64,000 nucleotides of DNA, from NCBI GenBank assembly GCA_964019335.1, contig OZ025654.1, forward strand, positions 372,001 through 436,000, written 5' to 3'. Shown here piece by piece: positions 41,501 to 51,501 of the stretch. The notes below the pieces were generated by a model. It did not search any database. It saw nothing but the letters and a program-made list of their open reading frames with translations, and was not told the DNA's origin. Both the position numbers and the translations under genes were made by a program. How positions within the stretch are numbered: position 1 is the first letter of the stretch; each line of letters starts with the position of its first letter. This stretch comes from Diplonema japonicum (taxonomy: Eukaryota; Protista; Euglenozoa: Diplonemea).

Positions 41501-44500
41501 GCTGTGCCGACTGCTACGCCGACTGATGGAGGGCGGCAGGAGCAGCGCCAATCACCTTGGCTGCCAGGTGATAAGTTGGGATCGTCACAAACCTGGTTTG
41601 CTTGTTGGCAAGTATTGTAGATGCTGCACTCATCAAGAACGCACACGGTGGGTCCTGCCGTGGCCGATGTTCCTGTTTGAGGAGGGACACATTGGCATTG
41701 CCAATCCCCTATGGCAGCTGACAGGTCAACGCAATTTTGTCCTTCAGATGTGCATACGCTAGAGTAAGGGACACACTCACCTCCAAACGTGCATGACGCA
41801 GGCTTCGCTATGGCAGCTCCAGTGCCGGGTGTCGCGCAGGAACATTCCCAGTCACCAACCGAAGCTGCTGCAGTGTTCCTGTCTGTGCATATCTGACCTA
41901 CTGCGGAACACGTGGCACGATTTGCACCACATTCATCCAACACACATTGCGCAGCACCGCCTTTCTTAGACCCTATGGAAGGTGCTTTGCACGAGCATGT
42001 CCAGTCATCGGTGCTGGCAGGGCTGGTATCAGGATCATTGCAGAACTGGTTGTTCTCAGAGCAGATGGACGTCACCGGGTTGTTGCATTCATCATAAGTG
42101 CATGAAGCAGGGGCTGCTTGTCTCGGAGTGCCGACCTGCGGTGGGATGCACTCGCACCTCCAGTCACTGCTACTTATAGATGGATCGAGGCAGGCTTGGC
42201 CTCTCGACGTACATACACTGCTGTAAGGTACACATTCTCCGTTGTGCTCACACGTGGCCGGTGTGCCCACAGCACTTCCAACTGCATTGACGCACAGGCA
42301 CAGCCAGTCGTCCTTGCTCGCGGGGTCAGTGTTCTGGTCTAAGCAGGTCTGGCCAACTGCAGCGCAAGTCCTGATGTGAGTGTCACATTCATTTAAAGTG
42401 CACGTAGCCACAGCCCCTGTCTGCAAGCCAGTCATCGGGGGAGCGCACAAGCACTGCCAGTCGTTTAAGCTTCTCGAAGACGTGTCAGGGTCATAACACT
42501 GCTGCGCCGCATTGGCGCACACAGTGTTGGAAGTGCATTCATTGTGGCTGCACGAAGCAGGTGAACGGGTGGCTGCAACCCCCGTCAAGGGCGACACGCA
42601 GAGGCACTGCCAGTCGTCGGATTGTGCTGTAGGATCGTGACATGTCTGGCCTTGGGAAGTACAGGTGGAAGAGTATTGCAGGCATTCACCTTGAAAGGTA
42701 CAGGTTGCTGCGGTGGCAACCCCTGTTCCGACAGCAGGTGAAATACATGAACAATACCAGTCACCTAAACTCTGTGGTGACATGTTAGGGTCTGTGCACG
42801 TCTGCCCCACTTGAGAGCAAATGCTGAAAGTTTCGCATTCGTTGTGGGTACATTGTGCTGGTGATGTAGTACCAGGAGATCCCTTCGACGGGAGGACACA
42901 CGTGCACGTCCAGTCGCCCCGTGCTGTAAAGTCTGGGTCATGACATGCTTGCCCGCTGCCACTGCAGATGGAGGTCCCATTTGGGCATGCCGCGCACACC
43001 GTTGTGCATTCATCGAACTCTTGCACGCACGCCACCCCACTGCTGTCGCTGAACATGTTATTAAGACACGTCAAGGTGAAGTCCTGACCTTTCAGCTTTA
43101 CATGTCCTGCTAAGCATGTTGGGCGGCACGTATCCCCTGTGACAAGGCTTGTGCAGGAAGAGTAGCTGACGCCAGTAGAGGGGTTAGTAGGCCCTGCGAC
43201 GCATGTGTTCCCCCTGCACGTCAGCCCCGACTGGTCAATGTAGCCGCTGATGCTGCACAAGACTGTAAAAGAAGCGCCTTGCACGGCTTGCGAGTATCCA
43301 GAAAGGCAAGTTGGGTTGCAGACCCCGCCTGTGGATAGTGCGTTGCAGGAAGTATAATCGACACCTTTCTGGGCGTTGGTGGGCCCGTTCATGCACCCTA
43401 TCCTCGTGCATACGGTAGAAGAAGAGTCGATGTACACCCCACCTACTGCACATTGCAAGACGAAGCTGTTCCCAGAAGCCTTCTGGTAGCCTGGCAGGCA
43501 GGTCGGTGAACACGTCCCGCCGGTGCTCAAAGACGTGCATGTTCTGTAGTCGACGCCTAGCGATGGTGCGACGGGGCCACTTGTGCATTGTCTGGGGCTG
43601 CACACAGCACCTGAGGAGTCGGTGTATCTCCTTCCAATGCAGAGCAGTGTGAATGCAACGCCGCTGCCTTCGTAGCCATTCCGGCACGACACGCTGCATG
43701 TGGATGCGGTGGCCAATGCGTTGCATGAGGTGTAGTCCGCAGCGGCGACGGCAGTGGTGGGACCAGACGCACATGACGACGGCGAGCAAGTAGTACTACT
43801 CGAATCGACAAACGAGCCTGTCGGCAAGCAGACGATGAAGAACGAGGACCCTGTCACCATGGTGTACCCCTCTGAGCACGTCGGGGCGCACAACGACCCA
43901 GTCCGTTGCCCGACGCAACTGCCATACATGACATTGGCTGCTGGGTTGGAAGGGCCGGTGGTACATTGAATGGCATTGCAGGAAATCCCAGACACATCAG
44001 CATAGTTAAACCCTGGCCCAGCGAGACCGGTGCAAATTACGGCAAATGAAGAAGGTGCTGCACCAGAGTAGCCGGGTTCGCACGATGGTGTGCACACCCC
44101 TCCGGTGGTTAGGTTATTGCACGCCGAGTAATCGACATTGGAGGCCGGGGTGAAAGGACCGGAGAGACAGGCATTCGGAGAGCAGCCAGTGGAAGATAGA
44201 TCCGTATATGTCCCTGCAGCACTGCAGGTGAGGGTGAACGAAGATCCAGCTGCCTTGCTGTACCCATCAAGACACCCCGTGTCGCAGATCCCATCGGTCG
44301 ACAATAAGTTGCAAGCGACGCCAGTTTTGCATCCATACTGAGATCTGCAACGTGCATAATCTGCTTGAGGTGCCGGGTTCGTGGGACCTCCCGCACATGT
44401 GTTTCTGGTGCAACACTCTGACACTCCACATATTGCCCCACCACACATAACGCTTCCTGGGTTCGCTACTGTTGATCTTCCTATTGGGCAGGCAAACCCA

Positions 44501-44559
44501 GTGCAAGTCACTCCGTATGCAGATGATACAGCGCAGGACAATAAAACGAAGAGCCGCAT
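35545..44559 (-). CDS. Giant Cys-rich type I surface protein with EGF-like repeats (3004 aa)
   Basis: Signal peptide; about 7 N-terminal ~65-aa repeats (GP..VDY..C..L.TG..C.P.C..GY); roughly 45 ~50-aa six-Cys repeats (DEC..C...GQ.C.DP...DW.C.C..P..G...A.C); TM WWVWVLIALLLLCCC; Pro-rich tail. Confidence 0.93.
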   Translation of the reverse strand: MRLFVLLSCAVSSAYGVTCTGFACPIGRSTVANPGSVMCGGAICGVSECCTRNTCAGGPTNPAPQADYARCRSQYGCKTGVACNLLSTDGICDTGCLDGYSKAAGSSFTLTCSAAGTYTDLSSTGCSPNACLSGPFTPASNVDYSACNNLTTGGVCTPSCEPGYSGAAPSSFAVICTGLAGPGFNYADVSGISCNAIQCTTGPSNPAANVMYGSCVGQRTGSLCAPTCSEGYTMVTGSSFFIVCLPTGSFVDSSSTTCSPSSCASGPTTAVAAADYTSCNALATASTCSVSCRNGYEGSGVAFTLLCIGRRYTDSSGAVCSPRQCTSGPVAPSLGVDYRTCTSLSTGGTCSPTCLPGYQKASGNSFVLQCAVGGVYIDSSSTVCTRIGCMNGPTNAQKGVDYTSCNALSTGGVCNPTCLSGYSQAVQGASFTVLCSISGYIDQSGLTCRGNTCVAGPTNPSTGVSYSSCTSLVTGDTCRPTCLAGHVKLKGQDFTLTCLNNMFSDSSGVACVQEFDECTTVCAACPNGTSICSGSGQACHDPDFTARGDWTCTCVLPSKGSPGTTSPAQCTHNECETFSICSQVGQTCTDPNMSPQSLGDWYCSCISPAVGTGVATAATCTFQGECLQYSSTCTSQGQTCHDPTAQSDDWQCLCVSPLTGVAATRSPASCSHNECTSNTVCANAAQQCYDPDTSSRSLNDWQCLCAPPMTGLQTGAVATCTLNECDTHIRTCAAVGQTCLDQNTDPASKDDWLCLCVNAVGSAVGTPATCEHNGECVPYSSVCTSRGQACLDPSISSSDWRCECIPPQVGTPRQAAPASCTYDECNNPVTSICSENNQFCNDPDTSPASTDDWTCSCKAPSIGSKKGGAAQCVLDECGANRATCSAVGQICTDRNTAAASVGDWECSCATPGTGAAIAKPASCTFGGECVPYSSVCTSEGQNCVDLSAAIGDWQCQCVPPQTGTSATAGPTVCVLDECSIYNTCQQANQVCDDPNLSPGSQGDWRCSCRPPSVGVAVGTAATCVLDECITTGNVICNSKGQLCSDPDTSPEILNDWVCSCVNPAVGSAVLGIATCVETGECVPYSSVCTNQGQACSDPSTNSDDWICACVSPADGVSQVGKPAVCVLDECTTGVRCPDGQQCLDPDVRPQSTGDWECVCNAPSIGKLRGGAASCMLDECMTRGSICLSAGQECHDPNTGTANVGDWMCRCVAPANGSAVTAAAQCTFNGECAAYQSQCTKLGQTCVDPTTTFDDWECRCVTPQTGTPATMRPAACVFDECLVYSRMCEGKGQTCFDPNTSPSLTGDWECRCPPPTTGSAIAATALCVFDECMSLNISSTCSGAGQTCHDPQTAVNSINDWTCNCVAPAVGSSIGASAVCVYDGECLANSGICTAVGQTCVDPFPTVDDWQCACVAPAVGRATTRSPAQCEIDECKSRCPTCASTACSDVGQTCTDPDTSYSSLGDWTCSCIAPSTGKARGRAASCARDECSTNVQICAAVGQVCMDPNKSDKSLDDWKCMCVLPSTGEALKTAATCAVSGECQTVQTICTQQGQYCDDPSTGSDDWMCKCPPPQVGDAVVRGTTACVLDECSVACSTCADTGTGNVCAQAGQTCFDPNTSPSSTMDWRCVCPSPLTNVSSEAKPASCTIDECSVSGSVCSAAGQLCKDPDTNPSATSDWRCECAPPSVGVAVAQAAVCSYSGECVPYSSICTDAGQACIDPSSDAGDWACGCVYPYTGAPSAAMATVCELNECLAPCPTCADSGSGNVCEAAGQTCVEGSTASDSLNDWRCVCVLPLQGSQVIDAAECTLDECKGNSVCSSQGQQCNDQDTSPNSVNDWRCECVLPATGSAVRSVAACKFTGECVPYSPICTQVGQTCNDPSDAMGDWQCLCVAPQVGPAGVGKTANCSKDECDDVTVCREAGQDCVDPDTSPGSLGDWRCTCRSPSAGSAVGKAAICGLDECVVRGSVCVVSGQTCIDSNKVTLNDWVCECPPPSQGRSVAGIATCTLNECTTNGTVCTSVGQECIDSNTAASSLNDWRCQCIDGSNAAQGAPALCPFDECTSKQGVCPAGQNCQDTNNTAASLNDWQCVCVAPYQGQPVTMQAAQCSLDECTLSGSVCTAAGQSCADPNLTKSGDWECVCNPPLNGQNAKGRPADCNFDECTADTVCVAAQQLCTDPNQSVNIRNDWQCSCKPPSTGASSTGSQAACSAGIDECLASGAICAAAGQSCKDPNTSLTGDWLCVCSAPFQGFGQRSVATCTLDECVANGDICSKVGQTCFDPNTSAATTSDWICSCVSPSSGSQTGGQAVCTHPNQLCATCAAQGLACQSDVGGWRCVCPVGSATFVPPCVFDECAVTCNSCANKGYGNLCGLEGQRCVDPSPILGSTNDWRCECTTPYTGAAVGSAASCVVDECFSNAGVCTTVGQSCMDPSGTMGDWTCQCKAPLIGQAVGTPATCVAAGCAVCQGAGQACTEQGGQVTCHCKPPGVGSAVGTAAVCTVDECEGNSICSAAGQQCRDPSSSVPNNWVCSCMNGLVGERVGAVATCATGCSNLANPCFAAGQVCIDNSPGVTCECTGSSTGKANGAAAVCSFQGVCANHSMVCTDIGQACYVPQGSDIWSCVCVPPAVGTAQQGGPTMCIIDECEQLQPSCGANQTCTDPNKSARSLADWYCACDDNTGVRQVGGPVANCEPVVNPPKETVTCDCGVNQTCTTDSAGYQCTCVAPLKGTNVANGPADCYVDECISSGSVCTAADQTCEDPSGEDSNWECRCVAPLSGTGTAQVATCTAPDQCSSTPCGEMQTCNTTGPGAYTCTCQSPQQGEVGVNKSATCAAPSEDDKWYETWWVWVLIALLLLCCCYMLYWLIINSQKQEEKQEEQESAPAEPLIQEPESPEEEIEEEGSGRLLGYVPPPPPPPPSLPSSEVKAAPAVVESDREGSSSLRSSTVGTYYPLPPPTSKEQEPFLYPAPPAHSERPTVLHELHTLLSGRNQTNPLNQPVHDDIY

Positions 44560-45380
44560 CTCATTTGTGAACGACCCCCCCCCTTCTCCTGCATGGGAAT
44601 AGAAGGTAAGAGAAACAGAAGAGTTTTAAAAAAAAGAAAAGATTCATGTTGGTTTTTCTTCTCTTTCTTTCTTTTTCTCGTTTTCATCATTAGCAATAGA
44701 CCCATTACTCATGGCCGTATCCATTTTTCTTCACTACCTTGATAAGAACAGTGGGAAGGAGGGAGAAAGGGGACCCGCTTTATCGTGGCGTGACTAATAA
44801 AACAAACGGTTTAGTTAGAAATTGTCGGGAAAGTAAAAGAAAATATAAGAAGAAGAGAAGAGAGAAAAAAACGTTTTCTATTACTCGGCTTAAAACATAA
44901 AAAAGCCGCTTGGAATTTTTTTTTCTTTTTTCTTTTCTCTTTTTCTCCTCCCTCCTCCCCTTTTTTTCTTTTTTAAAGTGTGACCAACAGAAAGATGAAC
45001 AAAAGAAAAAAAAAAGAAAAAGCAATTCTCCGAAAAAGAGCGCTGCCGAGGAAAAAAGAAAAAGTTTCCTTTTTTTTCTTTACTCTTTTCTTTTTCTTCT
45101 TCTTGAGGTCATCTTTCCTCTTTTTTTCTCGCTAGCATGCGCACATTCAAATTTTGTTATCAAGTAGTCGAAGTAGAAAAAAAGAAAAGTAGAAATGACT
45201 TCGTCTAAGAAGGAAGGGAGAGAGCAGTGAGAGGAAGTAACAAGAATAGGCAGAAAAACTAGTTTGGCGCTCCATTTGTTTGTGCTCACGAGCGGAATTT
45301 TACCTAATAAAATAGCTCATTACGCTGTCATCAACTAGTTTTTAGTCTCGACAATAATATTGTTAAAACAAAAAATAGGC

Positions 45381-45617
45381 GTGTGCAAGCCGTTTTCACC
45401 TACTGTAGGTTAAACGGACAAGCTGCCTCCACTCTTTTTTGCAATTAACAATTATTTTTCAAAGTTTATTGTCACTTGTTCCAGCAAAAAAAAAAAAAAA
45501 AAAAAAAAAACATTTCTTGCTCGAAATATCTTTTATTCTTTTTTCGCTTGCACGGTGGCGCACGAAAAAAAAAAGATGATTTTTTTCTTATGTCCTTTTG
45601 TGGTTTCGGTTACGAGC

Positions 45618-45648
<31 letters not shown>

Positions 45649-45692
45649 TAATTTCTTTTTTCCTTTTATTTTGCTCGGCGGCAAGTTGCATA
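45381..45692. repeat. Repeat family A plus C copy
   Basis: A core at 45381-45486 followed by a C-like block at 45588-45692. Confidence 0.8.
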
Positions 45693-45761
45693 AGGAAAAA
45701 AAAAAAAAAAAAAAGAAAAAAAAAGCCAATCGGGCACTTTACTCGAAAAAAAAAAAAGAAA

Positions 45762-46988
45762 TCATAACTTACTACTACCGCAATCGAGCACTATATCCAG
45801 CAGCCCGATCACACGGTCAACCTCTTCCTCTGTGTTGTAATGCGCCAAAGAAATCCTGACAGCACCGTGCGCATCCGACAGCCCGAGGTCACTCGCTATC
45901 AAAGGCGCCATCATGTTCCCACTCTTACAGACAACACCACGAGAATTGAGAAACTCCACAACATGGGCAGGAGTGACCCCCTTGGGGATGAAGGACACAA
46001 TGGGCTTATAACATTTCTCCCATTGAGATGAAGCCAGCAGCGTAGCATTCGGGTGATCAACGATATACCTACGCATCTTCACAACCAAAGGCCTCACAAG
46101 CTCATACATCTTGGAATACCCCTCCACAATGAGCTCGCGCTTGGTTCTGCAAACCATTGGAAATACAACCCTTTCCAAATACTTTGCCATGCCTATTATC
46201 CCCGAGTACACAGCCCAGTTCGTCCCTCCCGAACCGTATTCAAAAACAGTTCTGTCAACGTTAAGAAAATCCCATCCTCGCGGGCTTGCATAAAGCACTG
46301 CAGACTGCGGGCACAACATTTTATACAGGGAAAGCGTGTAAAAGTCGGGCAAAAACCGCTGGATGTCAATGTGAGATGAAGAAGCAAAAGCAACACCATC
46401 TACAAAGGAATATGTCCTCGGGAAACTTCTGCAAATATTGCATATTTTCTTCACGTCAATGGTCTCGCCTAAAAGGTTCGACACCTGAGCAACCACCACC
46501 ACAGTGGGTTTTGTATTGTCCAGGGATCGAAGAGCGGAAAGGAGGTCGTCTGGGTTGAAGAACCCTGGTAAGCTTGGGCTGACACACTCGATCATTGTTA
46601 CCTCTGACGGGTTGACGTCGATAAACGGGGTTAAATGAGTTTGATGGTTGTTGTTGCATATGACAAACTGCGGCCGTTGTTTCATCTGCATCATTGCACG
46701 TGTGGCGCTTGCGACGAGTGCCCTGCTTGACGAGCCGATGGAACACCCACCTTCTTCGCTGTTCAGCATTGTTTCCACAAGCCCTTTCCCTTCCTTGATT
46801 ATCGCGTTTACTGCTTCACCCTCCTTGTGCTGCCCAGGCTGCACGCTCAGCTCTGTTAAGTGTTTGTGCATCGCCTTCGTGACCAGCCTTGGAACCAGCG
46901 AGCCTCCTGCATTGTCCATGAACACAGAGTCCGTGGGGTACACGTCAAACTCCTTGCGCAACCGGTGTCTCTCTGCTTCTTGGTTCAT
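45762..46988 (-). CDS. Class V PLP-dependent aminotransferase (cysteine-desulfurase-like, VC1184-type)
   Basis: FMDNAGGS, FVDGVAFA, DFYTLSLYK (PLP lysine), FEYGS and VRISLAHYNTEEEVDR. Confidence 0.88.
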   Translation of the reverse strand: MNQEAERHRLRKEFDVYPTDSVFMDNAGGSLVPRLVTKAMHKHLTELSVQPGQHKEGEAVNAIIKEGKGLVETMLNSEEGGCSIGSSSRALVASATRAMMQMKQRPQFVICNNNHQTHLTPFIDVNPSEVTMIECVSPSLPGFFNPDDLLSALRSLDNTKPTVVVVAQVSNLLGETIDVKKICNICRSFPRTYSFVDGVAFASSSHIDIQRFLPDFYTLSLYKMLCPQSAVLYASPRGWDFLNVDRTVFEYGSGGTNWAVYSGIIGMAKYLERVVFPMVCRTKRELIVEGYSKMYELVRPLVVKMRRYIVDHPNATLLASSQWEKCYKPIVSFIPKGVTPAHVVEFLNSRGVVCKSGNMMAPLIASDLGLSDAHGAVRISLAHYNTEEEVDRVIGLLDIVLDCGSSKL

Positions 46989-47599
46989 TTTCTTTTTTAA
47001 TTATTTGCGGTATAGTTTGTGTTTAAATATCTGTAACATCCTCAGGGTTCAGGTGGTAAGCGGACAAAAAAGAAAAATAAAAAAGAAACTTTTTTAAGGT
47101 ATGCGTTTATGCGTCTTTCTCGTTGTCACCGAACCCCAACCCAACATGAGGAAAGCAACTCGCTCGAGGGGAGGTGTCGTTAACCCACATTGGACTTAAA
47201 CCAGCAGACCAAAGGTCTTGCCGCCCCCTAAAAAAAACGTAAGTAAGTCTTGCCCCAGTACGGACGAAAGGCTTTCTGATGAAACGTGCAAATAGGACGT
47301 CTCCTTCTCCTTGTGTTCACCTGCTTCAATCTGACGTGTTGTTCGTCCACCGAACCGGAGTATGACGCATTCTGCGTTCAGTTCACTAATGTCACGCCCT
47401 GCAAAGCTGCCTGAGTACTCACAATCATCCCCTCTCTGCACGGTTCAAGTTTTTGCAAGTACCGCTTTTGCAACCCTGATCCTATCCCGGATGGATCACA
47501 AGGGGGGCCTCCAGAAACAGAAGCTTAATAGTTGTAACTACTGTAAGGAAGGGGCATTGGTCTTTCATGATTTGCTTCAGAGCCTTTTGCAGCAAACTA

Positions 47600-48000
47600 G
47601 TGCCGACGAGCTGTCAGGTAGACCTAGAGCCACTCCCCCTCCCCCAGCAGCTGTCGAAGTACCTCCAGTTCCCATCAACCTTCACGGCGTTCCGTGGCAC
47701 AGCCAGAAACTTGCAACTTGCAACTTGCATGCTTCCACGCCACATGACGAAGCCAGTTCTTTGAGTAGACTTGCAAACCAGGCAGAGCAGGGTCCGTAGG
47801 TACAGGTTTGTTGTAGTCGTAGTCGTTGTAAGAGATGTTCTCCGTCACCCACCTGAACAGCATCCAGGTCAGTCCTGCAGTGTATCTGGTGAAGTGCTGC
47901 GCCTGCTCCTCGATGGTTTCTTGTTTACGAAGTCATCGAACACACGGTAGTCCCCCCACCCGCTGAGAGGGCTTCTCTGCCTCCTGCTGCGGGTGGAACT
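47600..48000 (-). pseudogene. Frameshifted transglutaminase-like (KY-peptidase-type) pseudogene; boundaries approximate
   Basis: Ordered motifs across shifting frames: LFRWVTENISY, LC/(G)FASLLKELASSCGVEA, H..NAVKVDGNWRYFDSCWG. Confidence 0.65.
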
Positions 48001-49031
48001 GCTTTCTGTATGGGTCCTCGTGTTCAACTACCGTTCCGACATCTCCTTCTGCTTGTGCTCGTTTTCTGCTTCGTACTCATTTCGCTGTTCAGCTGGCTTG
48101 GACTACGCAGTTGTTCGGCATTTTTTACTTTAATGTGCTGCCTGGTGTCATGTGTAAAGACGAAGTGCAAAAAGCTGTTGGAAAGGAGGGTTCTTGTTTT
48201 GGAACGTCCCCTATTTATCTACCCTTTCCCCTTTTGGGGCCTCTTTTCTTTTTTTTCTTCCGGCTGCATTGCTTCTCAAAGTGTTTTCCCCTTCTTCTTG
48301 CCACTTCCTGCCCAGTCCTTCTTGGTTTCTTCGATGTTGCTCGTCCTTTCTTCTGCAACTTGTTGAGCTGTTTCGAATGGCTCTCTGCTTGCCTCGCATT
48401 CAGCTACCCACACGAGCCAATTGTTGTTGGTGCTTACCTTGCCGCGGCCTTAATAAGGCGCGTTGACTGTCTCGTCCTTCAGCAGTATCCTCAGCTAGCG
48501 CGAGGTGTACCGCCTCTGGGTTTTTTTTGCACTCTGCTGCCTTCCTCTTCTGGGTTTCTCTGGGTATCATGTGCCTCTTCGCTGTCTGCTAAAATTTCAA
48601 AAGCTTCAGCACTTGCCTTGGCAACCTTTTAGAAAGGAATCAGGTAGAAGACAAAAAATATTCGCTGTGATATGAGGGGTAGGAAGGTGGGAGAGGAAAA
48701 AGTTCAGTGCAGAAAGGAAATGTGGAGAAAAAAAAAAAAACAAACAAGGGGGGGAAATAATTGATACTTTGTGCACAGGCAATCTGTAGGTAAATCCCAA
48801 CTACCTACTACTTTCCCCCCTTTTCTTTCCAAAACAAACCAAAGGGGCATGAATAATGCTGATTGAGGCTTCTCGTAGGAAGTCACAGTAGTTATCGCTT
48901 TCTTTCCCCCCCCCTCTTCTTGTTCACAAGCAAAAAAAAATAAGAAAAAAAAAGAAAATGGACCTTTCTTATCAGGTCAAATGTGCCTTAAAAACGTTAA
49001 CAAGTGGTAATTTCTTTTCACGATCTTCACT

Positions 49032-49062
<31 letters not shown>

Positions 49063-50462
49063 TATGAGTTAAAGGAAGTCTTTGTGAGACGCCCCCTTGT
49101 TCTCATCTTCTACCTGCACCTATCCCCTTTCAGCAGCGGGTTCTCCTCCTTTGGTGGTCTTGCCGGCCTTCTCCCCAGCCTGGCCGCTCTTTCTCTTCGT
49201 TCTCTCGCCCAAAAAAAGAAAATCACTGATAGGAAACGAAGTGGGGGCGCGTAATCCCTTTTGTGACGCTGGAAAGGCCTTAAGGCCAAATTCACGAAGA
49301 CCTTCGAGTCAAGTTGCCTTAGAAACACATTTTTCTACAAAACCGGAAAAAATACCATTTGTTAACCTCAGCATTATCGGTTTCTTCTGAAAAAACCTTC
49401 CCAGATATTTTCTTGGGTCCGCATTGGGATGCCTAACGGGGGGGCGGGGGCGGCTATGCTGGCAAGGAAACGCGTTTTCCAAGCTTTTTTTTTAAAGCTT
49501 TTTGAAAAATAAAGAAAACGGAAACGTTTCCTTGCTTTTGGGGCTGTTTCCTTAAGTATCTGAAAAATAAGGAAACGGAAACGGAAACGTTTGGGGGGGG
49601 GGGGGGGGGTTCAAACATGGCACATATCGTGCCTTGACTCTCTTGAGAAGGTACGAAGTGGACTTTTCGGTTTTCTTCTTTCTTTTTTTACAACAAAAAA
49701 AGGGATTCTCCCCCTTTTTTTTTCCCGTTTCATTCTTTTCTCTTTTTTTTATAAAAGGTTCTAACTATTCTTTTTTTTTTTTTTTTTTAAAACAGTCGCA
49801 GGAAAAATCTTTTTTCTCAAGACGCAAAGATGACATCACGTGTGAAATCACCACCGAGTGAGCGATGAGCTACCAAAAACCTCAAGGGGAGAGTCTGATG
49901 GTGGCAGATCGTCAGAAAAAAAGAGTTGAAGCAAAATACCATGCTTGTTCAAAAGAAGTATGATGAGCAACTGCGGTGGGGAGAGGACGTGCATGACGAT
50001 AGAACTAACCCATAACTAACACTGAGTAGAAGAAAAAGGGGAGGAGATAATGGAAATGTAATAATGAAGGAAAAGGAATAGTAAAAAAAGAGGTGGTGGC
50101 CTTGTTTTCTTGCTAAAAAAGGCTTCTTTTTCTTCTTCTTCGTTTCTGTTTGGACAGGTAAGTCCTTTATTTTTTTTACAACGAAAATAACTGGGACCTT
50201 TGGAAAAGCGTTGGGCCTCGTCATTTTTTTCTTTCTTCTTTTTTTGAGAAAGAGAAAAGATAGCTAACTTTACTGCCAACAAGCAATTTCTGACCCACTA
50301 GGTCAAAATAAGAAGAAAAAAAGTAGAAAAAAAAGAGAAATAAGAAGAAAACGAAATGCAACCGTCCCAAATTCAAATGCTTCTTTGGAGGATGAGTGGT
50401 GAGATGAATTAGCATTATCCACTAGAAATATATCTTGCTCACGATATTCATTCTTTTTTTTT

Positions 50463-51013
50463 TTATTCACTCTTCAGAAATTACTTCACGCACTGGGGGG
50501 CCCATTACTTCACGCTAAATCTCATTACTTCACGGTGAAATAATGGCCTGTAAGTAATAGGGGGTTTCCGTAATAATATGCCTCGGTAGGCCAATTTTTT
50601 GCCTCGGTTCGGTTCCCAGTGGGGCTACTTTTTCCTCTCAGTTTGCTAATTTCCCCCTAGGTTCAGCTCAATTGGCCAACTTTTACCTCGGCTCAGTTCC
50701 AAGTTGGACTACTTTTTCCTCCGCCGCGCCAGGTATGAGAGGGCTTGATTAGAGATGGTGACAGTGGCAATGCCAGCTCTTTGTCAACAAAAGGAGGAAC
50801 GCGAACGAACCCCTTGTCACCCCTTAGTGACCCTAGTGGTGAAGTAATTTCAGAGTGTCGCGAAATAAAACCACTTACCTACCGCCAAGTAATGCTTTAT
50901 CGACCTCTCGGTTCCGCATTTTACCATCTCGGGCCCTGCGGGCCCTCGACGATAAAATGACGGAACCTCGAGGTAACGGTAAAGTCATTACTTGTTGGCA
51001 GTAAATAGCTATT
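50463..51013. mobile_element. Second composite palindromic element
   Basis: gaaattacttcac (~50477) pairs with gtgaagtaatttc (~50839). A hairpin centred on gggccctgcgggccc (~50931-50945) follows and ends in aaatagctatt. Confidence 0.65.
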
Positions 51014-51154
51014 GACTTTTTTACACGAAGATTGTTCTTACATTATTCTTGTTTTGCTATATCTTTTTGCCAAAACTCCAGTCAGAATTTTATTATTTTT
51101 AATATGGCCATGTCTTTTTTGATAGGCCGGACTAATATAAAATCGCTTTTTTAA

Positions 51155-51501
51155 AAAAAAGAGTCGGCTGATTGTTGTTTGTGCAAAGCCTACAGTAGGG
51201 ATAAACGGACAAGCTGCCCTCAAAATTTGTTTACTTGTCCAGCAAGGGGGGGGGGGGGGGGGAACTTTTTGATTGTACATGCAGGGTAAAACCTGGAGAA
51301 GTTTGTAACCCGAAGCACGTTGCCAAACGTTCCCTTTTTGTTTAGACAAGTCAAAGACTCGTTCTTGCAAAAAGAAAACCTTTCGAATAGCTGCGAATTT
51401 AGAAATATCACTCCAAGTCAGAATACGGTCTCTTGTTTGTGCAAGCCATTTTCACCTGTAGTAGAGATAAGCAGACAAGCTGCCTCTACTTTCAAAGTTT
51501 G
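51155..51501. repeat. Cluster of repeat families A-B-A
   Basis: A at 51155-51246, B at 51284-51373, A at 51433-51501. Confidence 0.8.
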
